Shown in pieces: positions 30,512 to 40,038 of a DNA stretch of 64,000 bases. Source of the stretch: Longimicrobiales bacterium (lineage in GTDB: Bacteria > Gemmatimonadota > Gemmatimonadetes > Longimicrobiales > Gaopeijiaceae). Position numbers and translations under genes: made by a program. The DNA is taken from the NCBI GenBank assembly GCA_965202805.1, contig OZ241869.1, positions 192,001 through 256,000 on the forward strand. The letters run 5' to 3'. Within the stretch, counting starts at the first letter, position 1. Every line of letters starts with the position of its first letter. Under the pieces are notes generated by a model. The model had not been told where the DNA came from. It worked only from the letters and a program-made list of their open reading frames with translations, and ran no database searches.

Positions 30512-30877
30512 CGCCTGTCTGATACTGCCGCGGGTGGATGGCCGTGTCCAATCGGTGGGAGCGGGTGGCGGCGTCTCCGGCTGCCGCCCAATGCCGTGCG
30601 ACGACCGCCTCGCTTGGATCGGTTGCGTGCCCTGCCTCAAGGCTGGCCTGACGGGCCGCCTCGCCGTGGCTGCCCGGGCGACCGGATGCGCGACAACGAT
30701 CCGCCCGGCTGGAGGGTGCCTGCTGGCCGCCGGCCAACCCGGATCGTAGAATCACGGTGGAGGCGCGCAGGTCTTTCTACGTACCCCCGCCGGGCAGCTG
30801 TTCCTCGCGATCCGTCTCTCCGACGGGTCCACCTCCCGGCGGATCATCGAGCAGTACGCGCCTCCAGAGGAGTACGC

Positions 30878-33800
30878 ATGGGTAAGTTTCGTCCGTCCGC
30901 ACGGGCGCTTGCCTGCCTGGCCGGAGCATTGGCTGTCGTCTTTGCCTCCGGCACGCCCGCCGCCGCCCAGACGGGCAACCTCGTCGGCCAGGTAGTCAAC
31001 GCCGCAACCCTTCAGCCCCTTGCCGGAGTTCAGGTCTACATCCCGGGCCTCGACCTGGGCACCGCCACCAGCCAGAACGGGCGCTACATCCTGAGCGTTC
31101 CCGCCGGAAGCCACGAGGTCGTCTTCGAAAGCCTCGGCTACGGCACCGAGACCCGCACCGTGACCATCACCGCCGACCAGGCGACCGAGAGCGACGTTGC
31201 CCTGCGCGAGGAGGCGCTCGCGCTCGACGAGATCGTGGTCACCGGCACGGCGGGAGGCACACAGCGCCGGGCCATCGGCAACGTGGTGGAGACGGTGGAC
31301 GCGGCGGCCATCCTGGAGGTGTCCCCGGTGACCAGCGTCCAGACCCTCCTGGCCCAGCGCACCGCCGGCATGATCATGCTGCCGTCCGCCGGCCAGGTCG
31401 GCACCGGGTCGCCGATACGCATCCGCGGCACCACCAGCATGTCGCTCGGCAACGACCCCATCGTCTACATCGACGGCATCCGCATGGACTCCAACCCGCG
31501 CGGCGGACCGGGCGTGCGCGGCGGGGCCCGGGTCAGCCGTCTCAACGACCTGAGCCCGGAGGACATCGAGAGCATCGAGATCATCAAGGGCCCGTCCGCG
31601 GCCACCCTCTACGGCACCGAGGCCTCCAACGGGGTGATCCAGATCATCACCAGGCGCGGAGCGGTGGGTGCGCCCCAGTTCGACATCAGCGTGCGCAGCG
31701 GGGCCAACTGGCTCCAGAACCCGGAGGCGCGCGCGGGCGGAGACCCGAACTCCTGCTACCACAACCCGGCGTCGCTGGATGCCCTGGCATGCGCGAACGG
31801 TCTCCAGTGGCGCAGAAACGCGAACACCGGTCAGCTTGAAGGGTTCAACCTCGTCCGCCAGGAAATCGACGCGGGCCGCCCGCCCATCTTCCGCACCGGC
31901 CTCCAGCAGGGCTACAACCTGGGCCTGAGGGGAGGCACCGAGGACGTGCGCTACTACACGTCGCTCTCCTGGGACGACGACGAAGGCATCGTCGGCTACG
32001 ACTACGCCACCCGTCTCAACGCCCGGGTCAACCTGGATCTGGTGCTTTCCGACGATGTCTCGCTGAAGACCAGCACCGGCTACCTGCAGAACCGGGTCCG
32101 GCTCGCGCAGAACCGCGGCGGCTTCGGCGCGGAGCCCTTCAGCGGCATCATCTGGGGATTCCCGAGCACCATAGAGACGCCCCAGCGCGGGTTCATGGTG
32201 GCGCCGCCCGAGGAGTGGTCGAAGCACACCACCCGGGCCGACAACGACCGCATCACCACGAGCCTGGAGCTGGGATACAATCCGGCGGACTGGACCACGC
32301 ACCGCCTCTCGGTCGGGATGGACCGGGGCGAGGCCGTCGACTGGGTGCTGATCCCGCGCCAGCCCGAGGGCCGTGCCCACTTCTGGGGACGACGCGGTCT
32401 GGGCGTAAAGGATGTGGCGCGCATCGCCAACCGCTTCACCACTCTGGACTACAGCGGATCGGCCTTCCTGGATGTGCGTCCCGGGCTCCGGCTCACGAGT
32501 TCGGTGGGTGTGCAGTACTACCAGCGCCAGACCTCGATCATCGAGGCCGAGGGATCGGAGTTCCCGGCCGTGCCCATCACGACCGTGAGCGGCGGCGCCG
32601 ACCGGGACAGCGGCGAGAACTTCACCGAGAACATCACTCTGGGCGCCTACGTCCAGCAGCAGGTGGACTGGAACAACCGCGTCTTCCTGACGGCGGCCGT
32701 GCGCGGCGACGACAACAGCGCCTTCGGGGCCGACTTCGACGCCGCCGTCTACCCCAAGTTCAGCGCCACCTGGGTCGTGAGCGAAGAGGACTTCTTCGAC
32801 CTGGGATGGATCGAACAGCTGCGGCTGCGCTCGGCCTGGGGCGCCGCCGGACAGCAGCCCGGAACCTTCGACGCGGCGCGCCTTTACGTCCCGGGCGTGG
32901 GCTTCAAAGATCAGCCCGGCCTCCTCCCCGGCTCCTTCGGCAACCCGCAGCTCAAGCCCGAACGGGGCGAGGAGCTGGAATACGGCTTCGACCTGAGCCT
33001 GCTGGGCGGACGGCTGGAACTCATCTTCAGCCGGTACGACCGCACCATCAAGGACGCCATCGTCCAGCGCCCGGTCCCCACCTCCACGGGCTTCTCCGGG
33101 AGCCAGATCGTGAACCTGGCGGAGGTCAAGGCCTGGGGGAACGAACTCGGCATCGACTTCCGAGCCGTCGAAGGCCCGGTCTTCAACTGGGACATCAGCG
33201 GCCAGTTCGCCACCATGAACAACGAGATCCAGGATCTCGGCGGGCTGTCCTTCGTGCCGGCCGGGGGCCAGCAGTCACACTACGAGGGCTACTCCATCGG
33301 CGCGTTCTTCGCCAAGCGCGTGCTCTCCGCCCAGATCGACGCCGGAGGCTTCGTCACCTCCGCGACGTGCGACGGCGGAACCGGCGTCGGGGGCATCGAC
33401 TCCGGCGGCACGGGGGTGGACTGCGCCGGCGCGCCCGACGTGCACTGGGCCCCGTCCACGCCCACCTGGCAGGTCGGCATCACCAACAGCATCAGCATCA
33501 ACAACCTGCGCCTGTACGCGCGCGTCGAGGGCAACGGGGGCCACTGGAACTTCAATTCGGAGCTCCGGGCGGCGCACAACATCGGCGTAACCGAGGCCGT
33601 CATCTGCCGCTGCATTCCCGAGGTGCAGGCGAGGCGCCAGTACGAGAACAACACCATGGGCTTCCACGAGGGCGGATTCCTGCGCCTGCGGGAAGTCGGC
33701 GCGAGCCACGCCATCCCCGGGAACCTGCTCACCCACATCGGAGCTTCCCGCGGCGTCATCAGCGTGTCCGCGCGCAACATGGCCATGCTCTGGACCAAGG

Positions 33801-33970
33801 CCCACGGATGGGGCACCTGGCGCGACGGCCGCGTCATGCCCCCAGGGGGATTCGGGGGGAGATGGTCCTGGGATGCGGAGTTGCGCAGCACCGGCAACAT
33901 CCGCGCGGATCAGCAGACCGTCATGCCGCCGTTCGCCAGCTTCACGGCGAACGTGCGCCTGAGCTTCTGA
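30878..33970 (+). CDS. SusC/RagA-family TonB-dependent receptor
   Basis: Signal peptide, carboxypeptidase-regulatory-like N-domain, LDEIVVTG, DIESIEIIKGPSAATLYGTEASNGVIQIIT, GNPQLKPE, terminal F. Confidence 0.92.
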   Translation: MGKFRPSARALACLAGALAVVFASGTPAAAQTGNLVGQVVNAATLQPLAGVQVYIPGLDLGTATSQNGRYILSVPAGSHEVVFESLGYGTETRTVTITADQATESDVALREEALALDEIVVTGTAGGTQRRAIGNVVETVDAAAILEVSPVTSVQTLLAQRTAGMIMLPSAGQVGTGSPIRIRGTTSMSLGNDPIVYIDGIRMDSNPRGGPGVRGGARVSRLNDLSPEDIESIEIIKGPSAATLYGTEASNGVIQIITRRGAVGAPQFDISVRSGANWLQNPEARAGGDPNSCYHNPASLDALACANGLQWRRNANTGQLEGFNLVRQEIDAGRPPIFRTGLQQGYNLGLRGGTEDVRYYTSLSWDDDEGIVGYDYATRLNARVNLDLVLSDDVSLKTSTGYLQNRVRLAQNRGGFGAEPFSGIIWGFPSTIETPQRGFMVAPPEEWSKHTTRADNDRITTSLELGYNPADWTTHRLSVGMDRGEAVDWVLIPRQPEGRAHFWGRRGLGVKDVARIANRFTTLDYSGSAFLDVRPGLRLTSSVGVQYYQRQTSIIEAEGSEFPAVPITTVSGGADRDSGENFTENITLGAYVQQQVDWNNRVFLTAAVRGDDNSAFGADFDAAVYPKFSATWVVSEEDFFDLGWIEQLRLRSAWGAAGQQPGTFDAARLYVPGVGFKDQPGLLPGSFGNPQLKPERGEELEYGFDLSLLGGRLELIFSRYDRTIKDAIVQRPVPTSTGFSGSQIVNLAEVKAWGNELGIDFRAVEGPVFNWDISGQFATMNNEIQDLGGLSFVPAGGQQSHYEGYSIGAFFAKRVLSAQIDAGGFVTSATCDGGTGVGGIDSGGTGVDCAGAPDVHWAPSTPTWQVGITNSISINNLRLYARVEGNGGHWNFNSELRAAHNIGVTEAVICRCIPEVQARRQYENNTMGFHEGGFLRLREVGASHAIPGNLLTHIGASRGVISVSARNMAMLWTKAHGWGTWRDGRVMPPGGFGGRWSWDAELRSTGNIRADQQTVMPPFASFTANVRLSF

Positions 33971-33983
33971 GGGAGGTGGAACG

Positions 33984-35321
33984 ATGATCGACCTTCGAAG
34001 CAGCGAATCGATTCCGCAGGGGCGCGAGGTGACGACAATGAGACGGTACGGCGAATACATCGGACGGCGGCCGGGCGGCCGCAGGCGGGAAAGAGGTTCC
34101 CGGGCGCTTGCAATCCTGAGCGGCATTCTGCTCGCGGGAACGCTGGCCTGCGAATCCCTTCTGGAAGTGGAGATCCCCGGGCAGGTCGAGGATGCGGCGC
34201 TCGACGATCCCGCCCTGGCCGGGACCATGGTGATCAGCGCCCTCGGCGAGTTCGAGTGCGCCCTCAACACCCTCGTCCCCACCAACGCGTTTCTCACGGG
34301 CGAGTTCATCGCCTCCAACTTCTTCCTGAGCTCCAATGTCTGGGGCTGGCGCGGCGAGACCGAAATCCGGGCCACATCGGGAGCATGCTCCACCTCCCGG
34401 GCGGCCACCAACTACGGCTACTACACGCCGTTCCAGAGGGCCCGCTTCCTGGCCGAGGACGCCGTGCGCCGGATCACCGAATTCAGCGACGCGGACGTTC
34501 CCGACAAGTCCAACGTCCTCGGCACGCTGAACGCGTACGCGGGCTACAGCCTGGTGCACCTGGGCGAAAACTACTGCGAGATGGCGCTCGACAACGGGCC
34601 CTTGATGCAGCCCCGCGAGGTGCTGGAGCTCGCGGCGGAGCGCTTCACCACCGCGATCAGCCAGGCGTCGGATCAATCCATCGTCAACATGGCCCGGGTC
34701 GGGCGGGCGCGGGTGAACCTGGACCTGGGGAATCTGTCCGAAGCCGCCGCGGACGCGGAGCAGGTACCGGAGGGGTTCGTGCGCAACGCGGAATATTCCA
34801 CCGCTCAGATCCGCCGCGAGAATTCGACCTACAACCGCACCGAGACCGACTACCTGTCGGTGGGCTTCGCCTGGCGCGATCTGGAAGTCGCCGGAATGCC
34901 GGACCCGAGGGTGCCCGTGGTCAACACGGGGCGCAAGGGCCAGGACGGCGAAACCGACCAGTGGGACCAGCTCAAGTACACGGCACGCGACGACCCCATT
35001 CCCATCGCTTCATGGCGGGAGGCGCAATTCATCATCGCCGAGGCGCGCATGGGACAGGCCGCCCTCGACGCGCTGAACCGGGTGCGGGACGTGTACGGCA
35101 TTCCGCACCTGCGGATGAGCGAGGTCGGTGACATGCTGGGGACCATCCTGGAGGAGCGGAAGCGCACCTTCTTCCTGGAGGGCCACTGGCACAGCGACAT
35201 GATCCGCCACAACATCCAGTTCCCCCAGGGGGTGAACCACAAGGGCAACAGCTTCCAGCCCTACAGCTGCATGCCGCTGCCCGACATCGAGGTGAACAAC
35301 AACGTCAACATCTCGGGCTGA
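33984..35321 (+). CDS. RagB/SusD-family lipoprotein (start may be 34038)
   Basis: LAC lipobox, EAQFIIAEA, ALNRVR, ILEERKRTFFLEGH, PLPDIE; directly follows susC. Confidence 0.88.
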   Translation: MIDLRSSESIPQGREVTTMRRYGEYIGRRPGGRRRERGSRALAILSGILLAGTLACESLLEVEIPGQVEDAALDDPALAGTMVISALGEFECALNTLVPTNAFLTGEFIASNFFLSSNVWGWRGETEIRATSGACSTSRAATNYGYYTPFQRARFLAEDAVRRITEFSDADVPDKSNVLGTLNAYAGYSLVHLGENYCEMALDNGPLMQPREVLELAAERFTTAISQASDQSIVNMARVGRARVNLDLGNLSEAAADAEQVPEGFVRNAEYSTAQIRRENSTYNRTETDYLSVGFAWRDLEVAGMPDPRVPVVNTGRKGQDGETDQWDQLKYTARDDPIPIASWREAQFIIAEARMGQAALDALNRVRDVYGIPHLRMSEVGDMLGTILEERKRTFFLEGHWHSDMIRHNIQFPQGVNHKGNSFQPYSCMPLPDIEVNNNVNISG

Positions 35322-35330
35322 GCGCCGGGT

Positions 35331-35370
35331 TCCCGGGCCGAGGGCTGGATCATCCGACCACGGCCCGGGA
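35331..35370 (+). other. Hairpin between susD and the amidohydrolase
   Basis: tcccgggccg-N20-cggcccggga, perfect 10-bp arms. Confidence 0.5.
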
Positions 35371-35433
35371 TTGCGAGCACCCTCAATCCCTGAGCGAACC
35401 AACATTTCGGACCAGTCTTCAGGAGCACGCATC

Positions 35434-36918
35434 ATGATCGGGTTCAGAGCATTCGGAATCGCCGCGGGGCGCGCGGCGCTGGTCTGCGCCTTTCTCGCGC
35501 TCGTCGCCGCGGCATGCTTGCCCGCGGGGGAGGAGGCGCCCGCAGCGTCGGATGTGACGGTTGTCTGGGGCGGCGGCCTCTTCGACGGGACCGGGAACGA
35601 CGTCGTGCCCAACCCGGGGATCGTGGTCGCGGACGGGCGCTTCCAGGCGGTGGACGCCGTGGCTGCGTCGGAGGCGGTCGCGGCAGGGGCCACCGTAGTG
35701 GAGGTCGGGGACGGAGAGGTGATCCTCCCCGGCATGCTCGACCTGCACGCCCACTTCCACCTCGACCTGCTGGGGGAGGGCCGCGTCGACGAAACGACCG
35801 TCTATCCCGCGCTCTTCCTGGCCAACGGGGTCACCAGCACCTTCCCGAACGGGGAAGCGAGCCCGGACAGGATGCGGGCCCTCCAGGAGCGCCTGCGGTC
35901 GGGCGAGCAGGTGGGCGCGCGGCTGCTCCGGTCCGGGCCCTACTTCGGCTCGTCGCGGGTGGGGTGGGATCCCTTTTTCACGGACGAGGAGGTACACCGC
36001 CAGGTGGACGCGCTCGTCGAGGAGGGGGTGGCGGGCTTCAAGGCCAAGACCATCCGGGCCCCGCAGCTGGAGGCGTTGATCGAGCGGGCCCACTACCACG
36101 GCCTCAGCGTGACCGGCCACCTGGGCTCGGGCTTCCTGGGCTCGGTCAACCCGCTCGACGCCATCCACATGGGGATCGACCGCATCGAGCACTTCATGGG
36201 CGGGGACGCCATGCCGGCGGAGCGCTCCGCCTACGACTCCTTCGAGGAGATGACCCCGGACATGCCCGAGTTCGAGCGCGTCGTCCAGCTCTACCTCGAC
36301 GAGGGCGTCAACTACAACGCGACGATGAGCGCGTACGGATACTCGGGCGGGCGCGACCCCGACATCTTCGAGCCCTTCGCGGACGAGATGAGCTACCTGA
36401 CCCCGTACGCCCGCGACCTCGTCGAAGAGCGCCTGGCCGCGGAGCCCCGGCGCGTGAGCGAGCAGTTCGAGCGCATCTACAACGTCAAGCAGCGGCTCGT
36501 CAAGCGCTTCTACGACATGGGGGGCGGGCACCTGATCACGATGGGAACCGACCACCCGTCCACCGGCGAGTTCTTCTCTCCCTTCTCGGTGCACCGGGAG
36601 CTGGCGCTGTTCGTGAAGTCGGGCATCCCCGAGGCCGCGGTGCTCCGGTTTGCGACCATCAACGCGGCGCGGGCCCTGCGGGTGGACGGCGACCTGGGCA
36701 CCATCGAAGCCGGCAAGATCGCCGACCTGGTCATCCTCGAAGGGAATCCGCTGGACGACATCCGCAACACCCGCAACGTGCGCATGGTGTTCAAGGACGG
36801 GGTGGCGTACGACCCGGCCGAGTTGCTGGCGTCCTCGAAGGGGAAGATCGGTCCCCGCGGGCCGGAGGATCTGCCGGACTTCGCCGCGGTCGATGTGCCG
36901 CCGCCGGGAGGGGAGTGA
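35434..36918 (+). CDS. Amidohydrolase family lipoprotein
   Basis: AAC lipobox, LPGMLDLHAH, GFKAK, VTGH, IEH, GTDHP, GTIEAGKIADLVILEGNPL. Confidence 0.9.
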   Translation: MIGFRAFGIAAGRAALVCAFLALVAAACLPAGEEAPAASDVTVVWGGGLFDGTGNDVVPNPGIVVADGRFQAVDAVAASEAVAAGATVVEVGDGEVILPGMLDLHAHFHLDLLGEGRVDETTVYPALFLANGVTSTFPNGEASPDRMRALQERLRSGEQVGARLLRSGPYFGSSRVGWDPFFTDEEVHRQVDALVEEGVAGFKAKTIRAPQLEALIERAHYHGLSVTGHLGSGFLGSVNPLDAIHMGIDRIEHFMGGDAMPAERSAYDSFEEMTPDMPEFERVVQLYLDEGVNYNATMSAYGYSGGRDPDIFEPFADEMSYLTPYARDLVEERLAAEPRRVSEQFERIYNVKQRLVKRFYDMGGGHLITMGTDHPSTGEFFSPFSVHRELALFVKSGIPEAAVLRFATINAARALRVDGDLGTIEAGKIADLVILEGNPLDDIRNTRNVRMVFKDGVAYDPAELLASSKGKIGPRGPEDLPDFAAVDVPPPGGE

Positions 36919-36986
36919 GGGGAGGAGGTCCGCCTCACCGATTCCCCCGCCGATCTCGCCGGGGTCGAACGGGCCATCAGAAGCAA

Positions 36987-37027
36987 ACCCACTACCGGTA
37001 GTAGGCTACCCCCTACCGGTAGTGGGT
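36987..37027. repeat. Perfect 15-bp inverted repeat whose arms each contain the palindrome CTACCGGTAG
   Basis: acccactaccggtag-taggctacccc-ctaccggtagtgggt, between convergent genes. Confidence 0.85.
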
Positions 37028-37097
37028 CCGTGTCAGCGGCTCGGGCTATGCTCGCCGCGCGGTCTTTCCCCTGCGCGAGGTCGGGATCCGGCTCCCG

Positions 37098-38177
37098 TTA
37101 CCGGTGGGGATGGTCGTGCGGCGCCTCGTGATTGTGGTGCGGGGCCTGCTCGTAGTGCGCCCGCAGCACGTCCCCGCCGAAGTCGTCCCTCAAGTCGCGC
37201 CACACCGAGTGCACGTGGTTGGCGTTGCCCTGGGTGTTGTCGTACTCGATGAGGAAGTCCGGCGAATGGACGCGGTAGTAGTGGCCCTCGCCCGCTTCGG
37301 TGGCGCCCGCCCAGGCAAAGTAGAGTTCGTCGTCGGAGCCGGCGGCGATGCGCTCCATCCAGCGGCTCGCGGACTCGTCGTCCATGTTGTGCACGTACTC
37401 GCCGATGAGCCGGTCGAGCTGCGCCCGCTGGGCGTCGTTCAGCGCGGAGGCCCGGATTCCCTCGTATGCGAGATCCACGTTGCGCTCGGCACCGGTGATG
37501 ATGTCGTCGTAGGCCTCGCTGGCGATGACCGCCGACCCGCGCTGACTCGAAGAGAGCATCGTCACGAGCGAGCGCGCGAGGTCCTCCTCGTTGCCGAGCA
37601 CGCGCAGCCCGGCCTTGGGACCGGAGGCGACCGTGTGCGGGTTGCTTCCCAGGAAGGAGGGGCCCATGACCAGGGTTTCATCTCCCAGGGACGAGAAGCT
37701 CATCGAGAGATGATGTCCCTCGAAGCGCCAGGCCCAGGGCTCGTCGGCCGAGGGGGACCCGTAGATGGTGAAGTAGTAGTCCTCCGGATCGCGGAACTCC
37801 TCGCGTTCCTCGATGACGCCGAGAACCCGTTCGAGTTCGATGATGCTGTTGGCCTTGAGATACCCCTGGGTGCTCAGCGCCGACTTGAGCAGCTGATGGG
37901 CGGCCGTGCGCTGCGCGAGCGTCATCGCCTTCAGCGGGAGCCCGTTGCGCTCTCTCGGGACGAAATGCCAGTTGAACTGCTCCGCGTCCCCGAGGGGGTA
38001 CATGGCCCGGTCGCGGCGCTCGGAGTCCAGGGTGGCGACGAAGCTGGAGGCGGCGCTCGCCACCTCGTCAGCCGTCCTGGCGACCCCGGCGAGCACGACG
38101 CCGCCCAGCGCCGACGTCGCCGCGAGGATCAGGACCGGAAGCGCGATCGCGCGCCAGGATATGGTCGGATTCTTCAT
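37098..38177 (-). CDS. DUF3500 family secreted protein with a His-rich tail
   Basis: NWHFVPRERNGL, LSTQGYLKA, WAWRFEGHHLS, FAWAG...HYYRVH...IEYDNTQGNANHVHSVWRD. Confidence 0.85.
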   Translation of the reverse strand: MKNPTISWRAIALPVLILAATSALGGVVLAGVARTADEVASAASSFVATLDSERRDRAMYPLGDAEQFNWHFVPRERNGLPLKAMTLAQRTAAHQLLKSALSTQGYLKANSIIELERVLGVIEEREEFRDPEDYYFTIYGSPSADEPWAWRFEGHHLSMSFSSLGDETLVMGPSFLGSNPHTVASGPKAGLRVLGNEEDLARSLVTMLSSSQRGSAVIASEAYDDIITGAERNVDLAYEGIRASALNDAQRAQLDRLIGEYVHNMDDESASRWMERIAAGSDDELYFAWAGATEAGEGHYYRVHSPDFLIEYDNTQGNANHVHSVWRDLRDDFGGDVLRAHYEQAPHHNHEAPHDHPHR

Positions 38178-38390
38178 GGTGAGGCTCCTTTCTGGGGACT
38201 GCGGGTCCGGATCGTACCTGTCAACTTGCCCGGGTTTTCCGGCGTCCCGCAAGTACGGAGCCGCCGACGCGTGCCGACCCCCGTTGGGAGGCCCCCGGCG
38301 CCGGAACCGGCGCCGGCGGAGAGGCCCGGGCGCCCACCCGGTCGCGTCCGACTGCTTGACCGTCCCCGCCGGGGTGGATGACCTTACGCC

Positions 38391-39239
38391 ATGATCGTTC
38401 CGCGCCGCCGCATCGCACGTCTCAGGGTCACGCGCCTGCGCGAGGGAAGCCCGAACACGCGCCAGGATGTCGTGGCCGTCGAGGAACCCCTCGAGATCCG
38501 GGTGCGCTTCGCCGATGGGGACGAGTGGCGGACGAGGAGCGTGTCGGTCACCATGCGCACGCCCGGGGACGATTTCGAGCTCGCGGCCGGGTTCCTCTTT
38601 GCCGAGGGGCTGGTCGCCGATCGGCGCGACATCCAGGAGATCAGCTACTGCTCCGGGGACGAGCAGCAGGAGTACAACCTGCTCGAGGTGCGGCTGGCTC
38701 CCGGCGCGTCCTTCGATGCCGGTCTCCTGAACCGCAATTTCTACATGACCTCCAGCTGCGGCGTGTGCGGGAAGGCGTCGCTCGAGGCCATCGAGGTGCA
38801 GGGCTGCGCCCCCATCGCCGACGGTACGATGTCGGTGCGCGCCGACGTACTGACGGGGCTGCCCGATACGCTGCGGGTTGCCCAGCCCGTGTTCGAGAAG
38901 ACCGGGGGCATCCACGCGAGCGCGCTGTTCGACGTGGAGGGGCGACTGCTCGCGCTGCGCGAGGATGTGGGCCGGCACAACGCGCTGGACAAGCTGATCG
39001 GGCGGGAATTTCTGTCCGGGCGGCTCCCGCTCGCGGATCGCATCGTGCTGGTGAGCGGGCGGACTTCCTTCGAGCTCCTGCAGAAGGCGACGATGGCCGG
39101 GGTGCCGGTGGTGGTGGCGGTGGGCGCGCCCTCGTCGCTCGCGGTGGAGCTGGCGCGCCGCTTCAACGTCACCCTGGTGGGGTTCACGCGCGCGACCGGG
39201 TTCAACGTGTACGCGGGACGCGCGCGGGTGCGCACCTGA
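38391..39239 (+). CDS. fdhD: Formate dehydrogenase accessory sulfurtransferase
   Basis: VEEPLEI, TMRTPGDDFELAAGFLFAEG, SSCGVCG, TGGIHA, REDVGRHNALDKLIG, APSSLAV. Confidence 0.95.
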   Translation: MIVPRRRIARLRVTRLREGSPNTRQDVVAVEEPLEIRVRFADGDEWRTRSVSVTMRTPGDDFELAAGFLFAEGLVADRRDIQEISYCSGDEQQEYNLLEVRLAPGASFDAGLLNRNFYMTSSCGVCGKASLEAIEVQGCAPIADGTMSVRADVLTGLPDTLRVAQPVFEKTGGIHASALFDVEGRLLALREDVGRHNALDKLIGREFLSGRLPLADRIVLVSGRTSFELLQKATMAGVPVVVAVGAPSSLAVELARRFNVTLVGFTRATGFNVYAGRARVRT

Positions 39240-39348
39240 GCGGGGGTGGACGCCGGCAGGCCGGTACGGACCGTCCCGGACGCGAACGCCCTTGCCGCGG
39301 CGCGGATCTGATTTTCGACGTGGCCGCCGGTCGTTCGCGGGTGACGCG

Positions 39349-40002
39349 GTGAGCGGCGGGGATCGGCCCTGCTCCCGTCTGTTCGGGGTGGTGCTTGCGG
39401 GGGGGCGGAGCCGCCGCTACGGCAGCCCCAAGCCGCGGGCGCGACTGGCCGGGTTGACATTGCTGGAGCGCGCGCTGGCCATCCTGCAGGCCGCCGGCCT
39501 GGAGACCGGGGTGATCGCCAATCGGGTTGAGGACCTGCCGACCGACCATCCCTTCTCGGCCGTGCCCGTCCGCCCCGACCTCACACCCGCTGCCGGCCCG
39601 CTCGGCGGGCTGCACGCGGCCCTGTCGTGGGCGCGGGAGCGGGGGGATGCGGGGGTCTTCCTGCTCGGGTGCGACCTGCCCCTGGTGCCGCCCGCCCTGG
39701 TGGCGCGCCTTGCCACGGAGTTCCACGCCGCGCGCCCGACCGTGCCCGCCAGCCCCGGCCCGCTCGGCATCGAGCCGCTCTGCGCGTGCTATCCGGTCGG
39801 CCTGGTCCGGGCCGCGGAGGAATGGCTGGCGGCGGGCCGTTTCGGGATGGGGGAGTTCGTGCGCGCGCACGACCCGGTGGTGGTGGCCCGCGGCCGGCTC
39901 GCGTCCGTCGCAGGCGCGGAGCACGCCTTCGTCAACGTGAACGCTCCCCCCGACCTGGAGCGGGCGGCCAGACTTCTGAGCTTGTCACCCAAACCCGACT
40001 GA
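39349..40002 (+). CDS. mobA: Molybdenum cofactor guanylyltransferase (start uncertain)
   Basis: VLAGGRSRRYG, GPLGGL, GCDLP, EPLCACY, FVNVNAPPDL. Confidence 0.88.
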   Translation: MSGGDRPCSRLFGVVLAGGRSRRYGSPKPRARLAGLTLLERALAILQAAGLETGVIANRVEDLPTDHPFSAVPVRPDLTPAAGPLGGLHAALSWARERGDAGVFLLGCDLPLVPPALVARLATEFHAARPTVPASPGPLGIEPLCACYPVGLVRAAEEWLAAGRFGMGEFVRAHDPVVVARGRLASVAGAEHAFVNVNAPPDLERAARLLSLSPKPD

Positions 40003-40038
40003 CCTCGCCGGTGCCATCGCCGGCGCGCCGCCCCGCAG

